Shown here one piece after another: positions 37,795 to 50,874 of a stretch of DNA of 63,928 nt (positions are counted from its first letter, which is position 1; the number at the start of each line of letters is the position of its first letter). A program made the position numbers and the translations under genes. A model generated the notes under the pieces. That model searched no databases, was not told where the DNA came from, and worked only from the letters and a program-made list of their open reading frames with translations. Origin of the DNA: Octopus bimaculoides (Eukaryota); NCBI RefSeq assembly GCF_001194135.2, contig NC_068983.1, forward strand, positions 44,324,430 to 44,388,357, written 5' to 3'.

Positions 37795-40093
37795 GTAGAA
37801 GTCAAAATGATAAAGTGAAAAATTTTATTGCCCTACACCTCAAGGCACTGCAAATTCCAGCACACCTCAATTGTTGTGATAACAGTGATAGATGGTGGGT
37901 ATAAAGAAAATGACACTCTAGCTTATTTTTTTAGGATATCAAGGTGTCAAAGATAACAGATTTAAACACTAAATCTATCAAACAGTTGATCCGCTTCCTC
38001 CTTTTACCCACCCAGCTAAGAGAGATTTGTTGAAACTGATAACTTCAAGTAGTTCTTGGTCATACATGGCTCCAGCCATGACCATCCCAGCACTGTTTTT
38101 TTTCCTTCAGACAATATGTCTAGGACTACAGTAATCCCTCAACTATCATGGGTGTTTCACCCGGCAATCTGTGAAAATCCAAAGTAGAAACAGTACTGTA
38201 CCTTTTTTTGTTTTTTTTAATTATTTTTATAATTTGTATATTTTAATATAAATGCAATACACCACCACAGAGGAACCAACGTAAGCTTATATAATAAGCC
38301 GTGATATGGCAAGGGATTACTCTATTATCTATAGTGTCCTTCCCATTTGAAAGCAGCAAGGTGATTTAGTTGCCATTTCTAGTTAGCAAAGTTTCCCCTC
38401 ACTGACTAGTTCATTCATATGTCTTCTTGGTTTATTCACAAAGAAAGTGGGGGAAGTATTTAAAGGGGGACAAGGAAGTACATTTGTTAACTGGCAAATG
38501 TGATAGAGAACCAAACTAGTAGAGTTATTTTCTGCTGTCAAATATCCTACATTCCTTCAAAACTGAGAGGACAGTGTATTACTGGTACAGGAACAGGAAA
38601 AATATCTCATTAGGTACCTTAATTTTCAGTTGAAGTCCAGCCAGTATCCCCAGGTTGTCAATAATATGGGAACAAACCAACCAATTGGATGTTTACAACA
38701 CAAGTTACGTAACTAGTAAACTCACCAACACCGGTTGTGAAGCAGTGGTGGGATGGACAGACACACAGACACGATGGGCTTCTTTCAGTTTCTGTCTACC
38801 AAATCCACACGCAAGGTTTTGGTCAGCCTGAGGCTAAAGCAGAAAACACTTACCCAAGATGCTATGCAGAAAGATTGAACCCAGAACCATGTGGTTTGGA
38901 AGCAAGCTTCTTAACACAACCATGCAGGCACCTATGTTCACTGATACATAAAATTAATATACCTATCTGATTGCTATTAGTCGAATACAGAGGCATGGGT
39001 GTTGATTTTATTGCCCAAAGCTCACAATAGGATGGAATAGAAACTATAGAATGTATTTTGTTTTCCCACCTACACCACAGAAAATAGGCCTGTGACCGAA
39101 GAGACATATCTGAACTAAAGCATCGCTTTATATAGAGTCATATGAGAATGGATGTGTTTAAAAGGGATTCAATAAAAAAAAGGAGGGTATTTATATGTAT
39201 GCATGTGTGTGTGTATGTATGTGTATATGAACATAATACATATCTCATAGTATGTAGGTGTAGGCATGGTTGTGTGGCAAGAAGTTTGCTTTCCAACCAC
39301 ATGGTTCTGGGTTCAAACTGGGTGTGTGTGTGTGTGGGGGGGGATCTTTGGCTGACCAAAGCCTTGTAAGTGGATCTGGTAGACAGAAAAAAAAAATCTG
39401 TTGTTTTTGAGTGTCCCCCATTACTGCTTAACTGGTGTTGGTGTGTTTAGATCCCCGTAACTTAGTGGTCAGCAAAAGAGACCGATAGAATAGGCACCAA
39501 AGTTTAAAAGAGAAATAAGTACTCGGGTCGATTCGTTCAACTAAGAATTCACAGTGGTGCCCCAGCATGGCCGTAGTCTAATGACTGAATGTGTAAATGT
39601 CAGAATATACTGAGGGTGTAACTTGGAGTCAAATCCATTGTGGAGATCAAGCCAACTGGGACGTCACAACTATCTTTTATCCTTTACTTGTTTCAGTTTG
39701 CGACCATGCTGGGGCACGCCCTTGTAGAATTTCTAGTCAATTGAATCGATCCCAGCACTTTTTTTTTAAAGTCTGGTACTTCTATCATTCTTTTTTGCTG
39801 AACCTCTGAGTTACAGAGATGTAAACACAGCAACACTGGTTGTCAAGCAGTGGTGGACAAACAGATATATGACACACACATGACAGGTTTGTTTTTAGTT
39901 TCTGCCTTCTAAATCCACACACAAGGCTTTGGTTGGCCCAAAGTTATAGTAGAAGACACTTACCCAATGTGCCATGCAGTGGAATTGAAGGTGGAACAAT
40001 GTGGTTAGGAAGCAAACTTTTCACCATACAGTCGTAGTGGCATCTTAGTTGTGAGAGTTAACATTAAAGAACCACAAATTACACATACCCATA

Positions 40094-40567
40094 GGTGCAG
40101 GTGTGGCTGTGTGGTAAAGAAGCTTGCTTCCCAACCACATAGTCCCGGGTTCAGTCCCACTGCGTGGCACCTTGGACAAGTGTCTTCTACTATAGTCTTG
40201 GGTTACCAAAGCCTTGTGAGTGCTTTTGGTAGGCAAAAACTGAAAGAAGCCTGTCGTGTATGTATGTATGTATATATATGTATGTGTATATATATGTATG
40301 TGTATATATATATGTGTGTGTGTGTGCGTGTGTCCACCATCTCTTGACAACCGATGTTGGTGTGGCTACGTCCCCGTAACTTAGCGGTTCGGCAAAAGAG
40401 AACCGATAGAATAAGTACTAGGCTTACAAAGAATAAGTCCTGGGGTCGATTTGTTCGACTANNNNNNNNNNAAGTACTAGGCTTACAAAGAATAAGTCCT
40501 GGGGTCGATTTGTTCGACTAAAGGCAGTGCTGCAGCATGGCCGCAGTCAAATGACTGAAACAAGTAA
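40094..40567 (+). mobile_element. SINE family B copy (contains an assembly-overlap duplication across the 10-N gap)
   Basis: Collinear with 27271-27678. Confidence 0.85.
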
Positions 40568-43500
40568 TGCACAGGTAACATCAAGAAGGAGTTACTATAG
40601 TTTTCATTATTACAAGTCGGTGTGGTGCAGACGACAGACGACAAATGTACACACAGTGTTGATCCTCGTGAGGACTTTCTGTACAAAGTGTTCGGCTGTA
40701 TGGCGTGTATGAGAAGAATAGACAAGAGAATGAGAAACCCGAGGTCAGGATGGAGGCGAGGTGAGAGAGAGAGAGAGAGAGACTGGGTGGGGGGGGGACA
40801 GTAAAACAGTAAAAAAGTAGGGTAACTGAATCCTCTTCTTGTGTCAAGACTCCAGCTGACACTTAAGCGCATGGGGCATATCGGTTATATTTCGCTGACA
40901 TCTTGTCACTGGTTGCCTATTACTACTTCTACTACTACGACAAGCAGTAGGTCAAATATGACGCACGCACACGTACGCACATACATAAACACAGCACCTC
41001 CATATCAGAGCCAACATCTAAATTATATACACACATATCTATACATGTTTCACAAAATAAAATAATATAAATTCCACAGAAATTCCTACAATTTTTAAAA
41101 TTTTTGTTTTCGCTTGTTGCTGATATCAGCCGAATAAATAAAATATTTCATGAAAGTTAACTATCCATGAACAACTTCAATGAAACTGAGAAAATAAGTT
41201 TCAAAGTTTTGTTGGGTACCGTAGGAGGTTGGTGATTTTTTTGCTTTTCTCAGAGAGGAAGCACTTGACCCGACCCCCACCGCTTCCAGACCATTGCTAA
41301 ATGTTTCAGGTTTTACTTTTAGATGACTAATTAAAGGTGCGCTAGTTCGGTGTTTATCTTCCGAATTTTAAGTTCAAAACTTCGGTTTGAATTTCGACTT
41401 CTACACTCGCTCCCTCACCGTGGTTGCTTGACCTGCAAGAAATAGCAGTCATATAGGCTTCAAAATCCACCGTCCTATATAGCAAAGTCCTAGACAGACA
41501 CGCAATAATAATAAAAATACAGCGGGATTTCGAGATAGCTGTCGGGAATAAAATGAAATTTTGAAGATAAATTTTTGAAGGGGTTTCGGTAATTTTCGTC
41601 ACTCTAAAATACATATAATTCGCATTAAATCTTATTTTTCTTAAAAATCCACGTTTTAAAACATTTTAACAGCCTACCCCTTCATCGTGCCTTTGGAGTA
41701 GCTGTCACACTTGGGATGGTCAAACCTGGAATACCTTTCATTATAGGTATTTGCTTGGAGTTCACCTCGGGAGCTAAAACTATATGAATATTTAGTTTCG
41801 ATTATAAATTAAAAAATGGCACAAAAAGTTTGGCACAAGACCAAGAATTTGGGGTGAGGAGGGGTTAATCGATTACATCAACCCTTGCTTGACTGGTACT
41901 TAATCGATCATGAAAGGTAAAGTCGACCACGACGGTAACGTGAAGAGTCGGAAGAAATACAAGGTATTTTGTCCGAAGCACGAACGATTCCGCCAGCTTA
42001 CCCCACCTCTTTCCTTAATAATATTTCTTTCCCCAGTAGATACAAGACCTGAAGCTAACGGGAAGAACTAGTCTATTGTATTCAACTGGTACTTATTTTA
42101 TCGGCGCCCGAAAGGAGGAAAGCTCAGCAATATTCGAACACGGAACGTAAAGATTCGAAAGAAATGACACTAGGAATTTTTATCCGATGCACTACCGATT
42201 CTGCCAGCTTTACATTATATTTTTTTTTCGTCAAAGTTTTAACTATGTCACCTTGATGATATATTTTTACACGTGGACAAAGAATAGAGATAATGTTGAT
42301 CAGATGATATTACATGATGACAAGGGCTTAGAATGTTTAGGGATAGGGTCCTATACGTTCAGGTTTCAACTCTCACCGGAATTCAAAACAAGCCGTCTGT
42401 TCTTCCACGGTCGATAAAATAATACATTGATCAAGTATTGGAGATCGATATAATTGATTATACCCTCCACTCGTCCCAAAATATGTTTTGTGTCTATTAT
42501 CAATATTACAAATATATTGTTATTGCTATTTAACTCAGGTCATCCTGATAAACCCGGTTGAGGATCAAAGGGTTCCAATTATGACCAACCCGTATTTTTG
42601 TGGCCCTTTTTTTCTTTCAGATATAGCATCTATGATTATATTAGCTAATGTACCCTTCCTTTAACCCAGTAGTATATGATTTTAAGGGAATTTAGGTGTT
42701 ATTCCTAGCACATCGACGAGCGAAAACGCGGAGGGGCCCTGATTATGTGCGACTATGCATATGCATGGGTACGTATGTGTAAATGTACGTGTTATGTGTA
42801 TGGGGGGGGGGTGCGTACAAGCCAAATAACCGGTTCAAGGCGTGTGTCAAACTAAAGAATCAAAGCGTGTGCACAAGTTTATAGTAAATATATACATTGT
42901 ATAGAGAAAACACCCGAAGCCTATACAAAAACACTGAATATGTGTTTATTATTCATCTAAAGTAAACAGTACGTGTGTAGGCACGTTTGTTGTGCATATA
43001 TATTTTTATTAAAGGAGAGAAAGAGAGAGAGAGAGAGAGAGAAAATTAAAGTGCTACACACGACTATGGTAGACAAACACATTCGTGAGCGCACTCTTTC
43101 TATACACACACACACAAAGATGCACATTAATTCGATCAAGAAATAATTTATGATGTAAGAAGTTATATGTAGTTGACAAAAAAAGTGATAAATTTTTATA
43201 ACGTATTAAGACCTGAAATGAACACATTTAAAGAAATGTAGATATCTATAGCACGAATTTTATTAGCTTATATATTAACTATATATATATTGCAGTATTT
43301 TTGTATGTGTGTTTACAAACAAAACTGAAAAAGCACTCAAAAGTAATATATATATATTTTTAGCTCTGTGTGTGTGTGTGTGTGTGTGCTGCTATTAATT
43401 TATATGTATATTTCACTACCACACTGGACAAAGTATATCAAATTTCTCTCTTTACGGTTAAGGAGCACCGACTTCGAGTTGGTGTCATCTCTCTATACCT

Positions 43501-43932
43501 CCGGGGAGGGGGTTCAAATCTATATATATATACGTAAATGTCAGTATATAGGGAGAGGGGTATACGTGTGTTCATATACGTGTTTGTTTATGTGTCTATA
43601 TATTTTTGTGTATGTCTGTGTGTGTTTGTGTATGAGAGCTATGTTTGTGTGCGTAAGTCTATACATGTATATGTTTGTGTTTAACTATGTATATACATGT
43701 GCTTATGTGTCTATATGTAAAGACATAACATACACACACACACAAAATGTGAGCGTTTACTAATTACAGAAGTTCCATAACATAACCAAAACCATTGACA
43801 ATAAAACTTAAAAAGCTTTCTTGGAAGCAAACAAGGAACTTAAAGTGACCAAAGTAGGGAAGTCAAAGAAATAAACAACAATAAGACAGACATTATTAAT
43901 TAATACGCAAAGAACATAAGTTGTATATTTAC

Positions 43933-44043
43933 CTTATTATTTTCGAGTGCCTGTGCCGAGTGGGAATCCTTGGCAGCGAAACAATTTTGACATTTGCTCT
44001 TATTGAAGATGTTAGGTACAAATTTCCGGCATTTTGAAGCCAT
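43933..44043 (-). CDS. MPRIP: First coding exon of myosin phosphatase Rho-interacting protein / Drosophila outspread orthologue (37 codons)
   Basis: Manual translation [37 protein letters not shown] matches the N-terminus of human MPRIP ([24 protein letters not shown]) and fly Osp ([18 protein letters not shown]), both recalled from memory. Strong Kozak (gaatATGG), in-frame TGA 7 codons upstream, phase-0 donor AAG|gtaaat at 43932. Confidence 0.9.
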
Positions 44044-44181
44044 ATTCACTACTTTTAGGTATCAATACATTTAGAAAATATAGATAGATCTATGTGTAGA
44101 CATTTAAAGAAATTCACATATAATAATATATATGCATGTGTTTATGTGTGTGTGTGTGTGTGCATGTACATAAATATAGAG

Positions 44182-44231
<50 letters not shown>

Positions 44232-44505
44232 GGATGGACAGGCAACTATGTATAATGATACATAGGTTGAAAAGATATGTGTATATATTTATAGAAATTC
44301 ATAAATATATAGTATATGTGAGTGCTTGTGTATGTGTAAAATACACAAATTTATATAAATATGTGTGTATGTATAAGAATGGACAGGTTGCTATGTATAA
44401 GTAAAAATATATATCCGTACTCCATATGTATATCAAATTCACAAGTGTTTGGAAGGTGCGTGTATAGTATTTAATTAGTTAATTAATAGATTAATTAACT
44501 GTCTG

Positions 44506-44856
44506 TTAAACAAATATACTCCTTTCTTTATATGTCCAGCCAAACTGGGACTGCGTAGTAGTGGCTAGTAGTAACAACACTATAACAAACAGCACAGGTA
44601 CTGTAGTCGCAATACATAATAATGTTGTTGCTTCTGTTGTAGTAGCTGTCGTACATTGACGGCGGTGGTAGTATTGATGGTAATAATAATCATTCGGTCT
44701 ATTTTGCCGGGTGCTCGTTAACGATGGGGACAGTCTTGCCGTGGCTTTACGACGGCCCACTAATAATGGTAGAACTACTAGAGACACTAACCGTATTGTT
44801 TTTAATGGTCCGGTCACAATCAAAGACAGCCACGCTCTGTATGTCTCCACAAACAT
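44506..44856 (-). CDS. Hypothetical 116-aa uORF or alternative N-terminal exon with two hydrophobic stretches
   Basis: ATG-initiated ORF in non-repetitive CpG-containing DNA about 460 bp upstream of the MPRIP ATG. No recognisable homology. Confidence 0.2.
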   Translation of the reverse strand: MFVETYRAWLSLIVTGPLKTIRLVSLVVLPLLVGRRKATARLSPSLTSTRQNRPNDYYYHQYYHRRQCTTATTTEATTLLCIATTVPVLFVIVLLLLATTTQSQFGWTYKERSIFV

Positions 44857-44879
44857 TTAGTTAGTCCGGTCGCCGACTT

Positions 44880-45170
44880 GGTATGTCGGCTTTCGTCCGT
44901 GTCTTGTCTTACTTGTTTATTATTAATTTTTTTTCCTCTTTAAATTGATGTATCTCCGTAATGTTATTTACAATAGTTAATTGTTAATATCGTGATAATA
45001 ATTATTGATATAGCTATATATAGACATAGAAATATGTACGAGGACACGTATAGAGACTTTCTAAGTTTGTTTCTCCTGAATTTGCATGTACATACATAAT
45101 AAAACACCTTTGTTAATTGTATTAATTAAGCGGCGTGCTCCGGCAGAAGACCGCCATTTGGCTTTGGTAG
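44880..45170 (-). promoter_or_regulatory. Candidate proximal promoter / non-coding 5' exon of MPRIP
   Basis: CpG-rich unique sequence; YY1-like CCGCCATTT at 45151-45159; strong donor CAA|gtaaga (intron side 44912-44907); GA-rich tract immediately upstream (45170-45400). No transcript data. Confidence 0.35.
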
Positions 45171-45885
45171 GAGAGACTGAGTGCGTGAGCGAGAGAGAAA
45201 GCCAGACAGAGTATGTATGAGAGAGGTGGAGTGTCTTTGTGAGAGAGACAGAGTGTAAGTATGAGAGTGGGGAAATGTGTTTGTGAGAGAGAGACTTAGT
45301 TGAAAGAGAGAGGGAGTATGTTTATAAGACAGAGCTTATATGTGAGAGAGGGGGAGTGTGTTTGTGAAAAAGATAGTGTGTGAGGGAGGGGGAAGGAGCT
45401 AAGGTAAGGAGTCGGTCAACATAGTCTAAAGCTAGCAAAATAGTAGTGACCAAGGAAATACAGTGTCCAATCTGTTATTCAGCCTGTTACTATCAAATTG
45501 AGTCAAGATGGACTATTTACTAAAAATACAAACTGCTTGTTGTTAGTGTTGGCTTTTAGTAGCAGTTGTAGAGTTGGATGAAGGGGAGGTGGAAAGAGAA
45601 AGAGTATGTAATTGTATGAGAAAGAGTGATAGGGTGACAGTGAGATCAGGTAGGAGGGGAAGGAGAGAAAGAGTAATAGTAATAGGAGGAGTGATAGAGA
45701 GAATGAAGGTGCTTAATGAAAATAGAGAAATAATGGTTAATTATATAGCGAGTGAAAGAATAAGGTAAGACACGAGAAAGAGGGGTGAGTTGAATATAAG
45801 AGAAGCGAAGGCGGGGAAAACAGAGAGTGAGGTGACAGACAAATTGAAAGGCGATATACATACATACAAACATACATTTGTGTGC

Positions 45886-45961
<76 letters not shown>

Positions 45962-47570
45962 TACATTTACTACTGCTATATTTCTATATTAACTCCGTCA
46001 TCAGCAGCAGCAGCAATAATATCGTTGTAAATCCCAACATTGGAATCCCAACGTGCTCGCCGATTCTCGAACCGGTTTCGAATCGGAATCAGCGGTGGGT
46101 TGGCAGAATCGTTAAATGACTGCGGAATTATTTAATTACAACTCGTTACGTTCGGTGTTCGAATCCTGTCGAAGTTATCTGTACTTTTCGTCTCGTTTTT
46201 TTAATAATTTTTATAAAGGGTCGATAAAATAAACTACCGGTCGATTTAATATTCCTAAAAAATCATCCAAAGAAGGGTGAATTCTGGTTTAATTCATTAT
46301 GCGTTGTGTCACAGATATCTTTTGGAAAGATATGAACATCATAGATTCTCGTTTCCCCTCTTATAATTCTGAGACAGTTTGCCAACAGTTTTTTATATTG
46401 TATAAATTATATATGCATTTTTTTATATTTTGTGTTACGAACTAAAATATTTCTGATATGAGTTAACAACGGACAATATACTTGCTAGAAATTGTAGACA
46501 AATCTCCCTCGGCCATCTTAATAAAGGAAGGACACATTAGAAAGATAGAAGAAATAAAGAAAGAAAAAGCCGGGAGGCTCACAGCTGGAACGTCATTAAT
46601 AGCAGGTCACCAGATCGATAACGTTTGACCTGACTTAACAATTTTAATAACACTAATACATAATATATACTCGAGTCAACGAGGAAACCTCAACTCGATT
46701 GCGTGACCCGCTAGAAATTATAACCAGATACCCCCAGATTTTAACAGGAAGAACACATTTGAGAATACGACCCCCATAGATTATATCTGAAAAAAAAAAA
46801 AAAAAAAAAAGACAGGATGGTCACGATCGGATTATCTTGATCATGTTTGTCGGTCAGCGTCGACCTGGGTCTAAATTATAAATTGCAGCTACTACTGCTG
46901 TTTAACCCTAGGTCAACACTACTCGAGCAGAACTATTAGTATTCATTTTCTAAACGTAACCATCCTGGTTTGTTTGTTTTTTCTGTAAGTATTGTGTATC
47001 TAGGACTACATTATTGAATGTGTCTTTATTCTATAAGAATAGGGTGAGATTGCTAACAAGTCGAGCGATCGCGTGGAGTCTCCGTCTTTGACAAGGTAGT
47101 AGTTGTCGAGCCGATAAATGATCAAAGGTATGCTTGCCGTGACCATTCCGTCTGTTTCCTGGCACATTACTCCTAAGACTCCCACATGTTCTAGTTGACG
47201 CTAAGGTATATCAGGATCTACATGAGGCAGAGTCTTCCCAGCTACGAGTATCCTGTATTTATATTTTCACATATGACTATGTTACCCAGTGTTTATTCCT
47301 TCTAACACCGTATGGAATGATTTGAGGATAACTTGGCTGCTTGTTTACTGGAGCGACTGCGTAGAGGCTCCATCGTTATTTTGCGCCTGTGCTATGTATA
47401 ATCAATAAGGCGTTTGACCTGCAAATAACAAAATAATTATTGAAGAAAAAAAAAAAAAAAAAAATGCGGTCAATTATCAGCAGACGCCATCTGCATGAAA
47501 AAGAAAAGTTAAGTGAGCATCAAAAATCTAATTAGAAATAATTTTTGGAAATAATTATTTTTTATTGCCG

Positions 47571-48123
47571 TATCTGTACATAAGCACCTGCATATACTCA
47601 CACTAGCGTTACATACCCACAAATATTTCCACGCTTGTGCATACCCGTATACACACAGAGGCTATAACACATACCCGTATACACATAAACACACACGCAG
47701 TCCTTCACAAACGCCCCCCCCCCCCATATCATTAAATAACAATAATAATAATAATAATAATAATAATTAGATAAATATCTGATTATTATTAAAGAACACG
47801 CACACACACATAGAGTCTCTACAATAGAGATTTTATGTATCTCCGGGTGGAGATTGGATGAACCAAAATCGAAGTCAATGGAATTTCAATGCAAAAAAAA
47901 GAAAGAGGANNNNNNNNNNGAAAGAGGAACAAGACTATGAATGCAATTAAGCATGTCTACCCGTTTATTAAGGAAAATTACTGCGTTGTGAATAGTTTTA
48001 CGATATAGATTTGCAAAATTCTATCAGATACGTCGCCTCCTCTTCTCGTAAACTCATTAATTAGAAGGGGTGGGGGAGAGATGGGTAGATAGATGTGCGG
48101 GTGGGTATGAAAGCATGTTTGTA

Positions 48124-48158
<35 letters not shown>

Positions 48159-48413
48159 TGGTTTGTGGGTGAGTACGGATGTTTGTGTATAGGCGTATGT
48201 GAGGGTGGGAACTGTGCGTGTTTGTGCGAATTATGCACGTGGGTACGTAATGTTTGTGTGTGTGTGTGCGTTTGTGAAGGACTGTGTGTGTATGTTTATG
48301 TGCATACGGGTATGTGTTATAGCCTCTGTGTGTATACGGGTATGCACAAGCGTGGAAATATATGTGGGTATGTAATGCTTGTGTGAGTATGTGTATGTGC
48401 TTATGTACAGATA
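47571..48413. repeat. Long inverted repeat: arms 47571-47714 and 48268-48413, about 93% identical
   Basis: Manual alignment gives about 8 substitutions plus a 2-nt indel over ~144 bp. Confidence 0.9.
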
Positions 48414-49387
48414 GGTGTATGTAAAAGCCTAAGGATGTGTGTATGCGGGTATGCGTCGCAAAAAGTATGTGTATACGGGTACGTAAAGCATATATGTGTG
48501 GTTATGTATCAGCGTCTGTTTATGTAAATGCCGGTTTGTACCAAATTATGTATGTATGCATGCATGCATGTATGTGTGTATGGATGGATGGATGGATGCC
48601 TTTATATATGTATAGGATTGCGAACATACGCAGGGTGGGATACTGTATAGACTTATGTGAGAATCTGTGTATGTGTAAACGGGTATGTACGTACCGGCGT
48701 GTGTATACTGATATGTACTAGTATGTATGTGAGCGTGAATATGTGTGTGTGTGTGTATATGTATATGTATGTATGTATGTATATATATATATGTATNNNN
48801 NNNNNNNNNNNNNNNNNNNNNNNNNNNNNNNNNNNNNNNNNNNNNNNNNNNNNNNNNNNNNNNNNNNNNNNNNNNNNNNNNNNNNNNNNNNNNNNNNNNN
48901 NNNNNNNNNNNNNNNNNNNNNNNNNNNNNNNNNNNNNNNNNNNNNNNNNNNNNNNNNNNNNNNNNNNNNNNNNNNNNNNNNNNNNNNNNNNNNNNNNNNN
49001 NNNNNNNNNNNNNNNNNNNNNNNNNNNNNNNNNNNNNNNNNNNNNNNNNNNNNNNNNNNNNNNNNNNNNNNNNNNNNNNNNNNNNNNNNNNNNNNNNNNN
49101 NNNNNNNNATAATAACAATCTTTTCTTTTAATAATAATAATGCTCGCTTCTCTTTTCCTCTCTCTCTCTCTCTCTCTCTCTCCCTCTCCCTCTCTCTTTG
49201 TGGTTCTTCCTTTCTCTCTCTCTCTCTCTCTCCCTTTCACTCTTTCTCTCCTCATTTTGCAACCTTTTTGTTTGTTTTTTTTTTTTCCTTTTGCATTCCA
49301 GATAGCGACGTGAAAACATCTCGGCATCACTCTCCTTATTAGTGGTGCTGTTGCCATGGTTCTAGCAGTTGTTGCTGTGTTGCTATG

Positions 49388-49388
49388 A

Positions 49389-49424
<36 letters not shown>

Positions 49425-49434
49425 CAGCAGCAGC

Positions 49435-49481
<47 letters not shown>
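49388..49481 (+). repeat. (TAG)n/(CAG)n trinucleotide microsatellite
   Basis: Directly visible; source of the poly-S/T/L/Y ORFs. Confidence 0.95.
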
Positions 49482-49482
<1 letters not shown>

Positions 49483-49837
49483 TGCTGTTGTTGTATAGAG
49501 TGCAAACTGCCAAGAGGGAGCGCGCGCACACACACACATACATACATACAAACATACATACAAACATACATCTGTTTTTCATTTGTTATTTACATACATA
49601 CATACATAGCATTATGCAATACTGCGCACACATACATATTTACAAAGCGCATGTGCTCAGTCACATACACATACTGAGGTGCTCGCGCTCAACCACACAT
49701 ACACACACACACACAAATCACACATAAATACACACACACTCGTGCACGCGCAAATGTGTGTGTGTGTGTGATTATTTCGAAATTCATCTGAATTAGTTCT
49801 AAAGAGCTGAAAGATGACCGAACCAAATTTATAAACG

Positions 49838-49871
<34 letters not shown>

Positions 49872-50718
49872 GTTCTAACATAAACATTTTTGTTTGCGTG
49901 AGTCAGCCGGATACCCTGCCTGTCGCCAACCCTCACTCACCTGTTTCTAAGTAAGGTAGTATTTCCCTATGGCCGGACATGTTTTTCAAGGAAGATTGGA
50001 AATGGATAGCGAGGCTCGTTTATTAACGTCACATAATGTCAAAATAAGGGAACACACATACACTCACTCTCACTCACGCGCACACACACTCCCATGCACA
50101 CACGCATATGTAAGTATGCATGTGTATGTATATATGTACTACGTACGTATGTAAGTATGCATGTATGTATGTACGTATGTATGTTTGTATGTGTGTTTGT
50201 ATGTCATTATTCAGTTTTATTTCAAGATTTCTTACCAATAGAGAAAGAACCGGTTTCTAACCTAGATCCAAGGCTTCTTCATTGGAATTTCAACATCAAC
50301 AACAGGGTATGTATGTATGTATGTATGTATGTATGTATGTATGTATGTATGCACGTATGCATGTATGTATGTGCAGATTTGTATGTTTTAAGTATGTATT
50401 CCTATGCATATAGTTGCATATCTAGACATGCTCGTATATATCTTTAAATGATAAACTTCTGGAAAGTTTTACAGATTTTTACAGTTCCAGTGATGACTTG
50501 GATATGTAGTCTTTGAATTAGCTTTCTTCTTTCTAATTTTGAGAAGCCTAATTTCTCGAGATTAATGTTTATGCAGTGTGTTACATATCCCAGGGCCCCC
50601 AAAATTACAGGTATAAACCCATGTGTGTATGCATGTATGTATATGTGCCGATTTATATGTTTTGTTTTATGTATGTATTCTCATGCATATACTTGCATAT
50701 CTAGACATGGTATGTATG

Positions 50719-50874
50719 CACTAGCGTAGCTGGAGGGAGCGGTAGGGGCGGTCCGCCCTGGGCGGCACTTTTAAAGGGGCACCACTTTCGGGCCTGCTAT
50801 AGGCAATATGTTTTTTGTGGGGGCAGCAAACGGAAGGGCAGCCCCGGGTGGCACACACTCTAGCTACGCTAGTG
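50719..50874. mobile_element. hAT-type MITE (156 bp), copy 1
   Basis: Perfect 13-bp TIR CACTAGCGTAGCT; flanks TATGTATG / TATGCATG (7/8). Confidence 0.8.

Larger units (their letters stand above)
1..43932 (-). other. Probable large first intron of MPRIP/outspread (at least 43.9 kb unless exon 2 lies in an N gap)
   Basis: Begins at the gtaaat donor. No sequence encoding the expected PH-domain start (roughly K-C-G-Y-L-F-V-A-P...W-Q-R-R) was found by eye. Content is TEs and microsatellites. Confidence 0.7.

Noticed and set aside
41090-41790. Possible DNA-transposon-derived repeat with the 86-aa ORF 41354-41614
   Set aside because: No TIR, TSD, second copy or protein motif could be verified within the window.
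44872-44890. GCCGAC-TTGGTAT-GTCGGC hairpin; also a near-palindrome at about 46069-46096
   Set aside because: Stems of 6-7 bp are expected by chance, and no RNA family is recognisable.
47440-47495. Strong minus-strand acceptor followed by ATG GCG TCT GCT GAT AAT TGA
   Set aside because: Six codons then a stop and a poly-T run; no downstream donor identified.
49350-49363. RFX X-box-like GTTGCCATGG
   Set aside because: Only a half site; the second half (GTTCT) does not fit.
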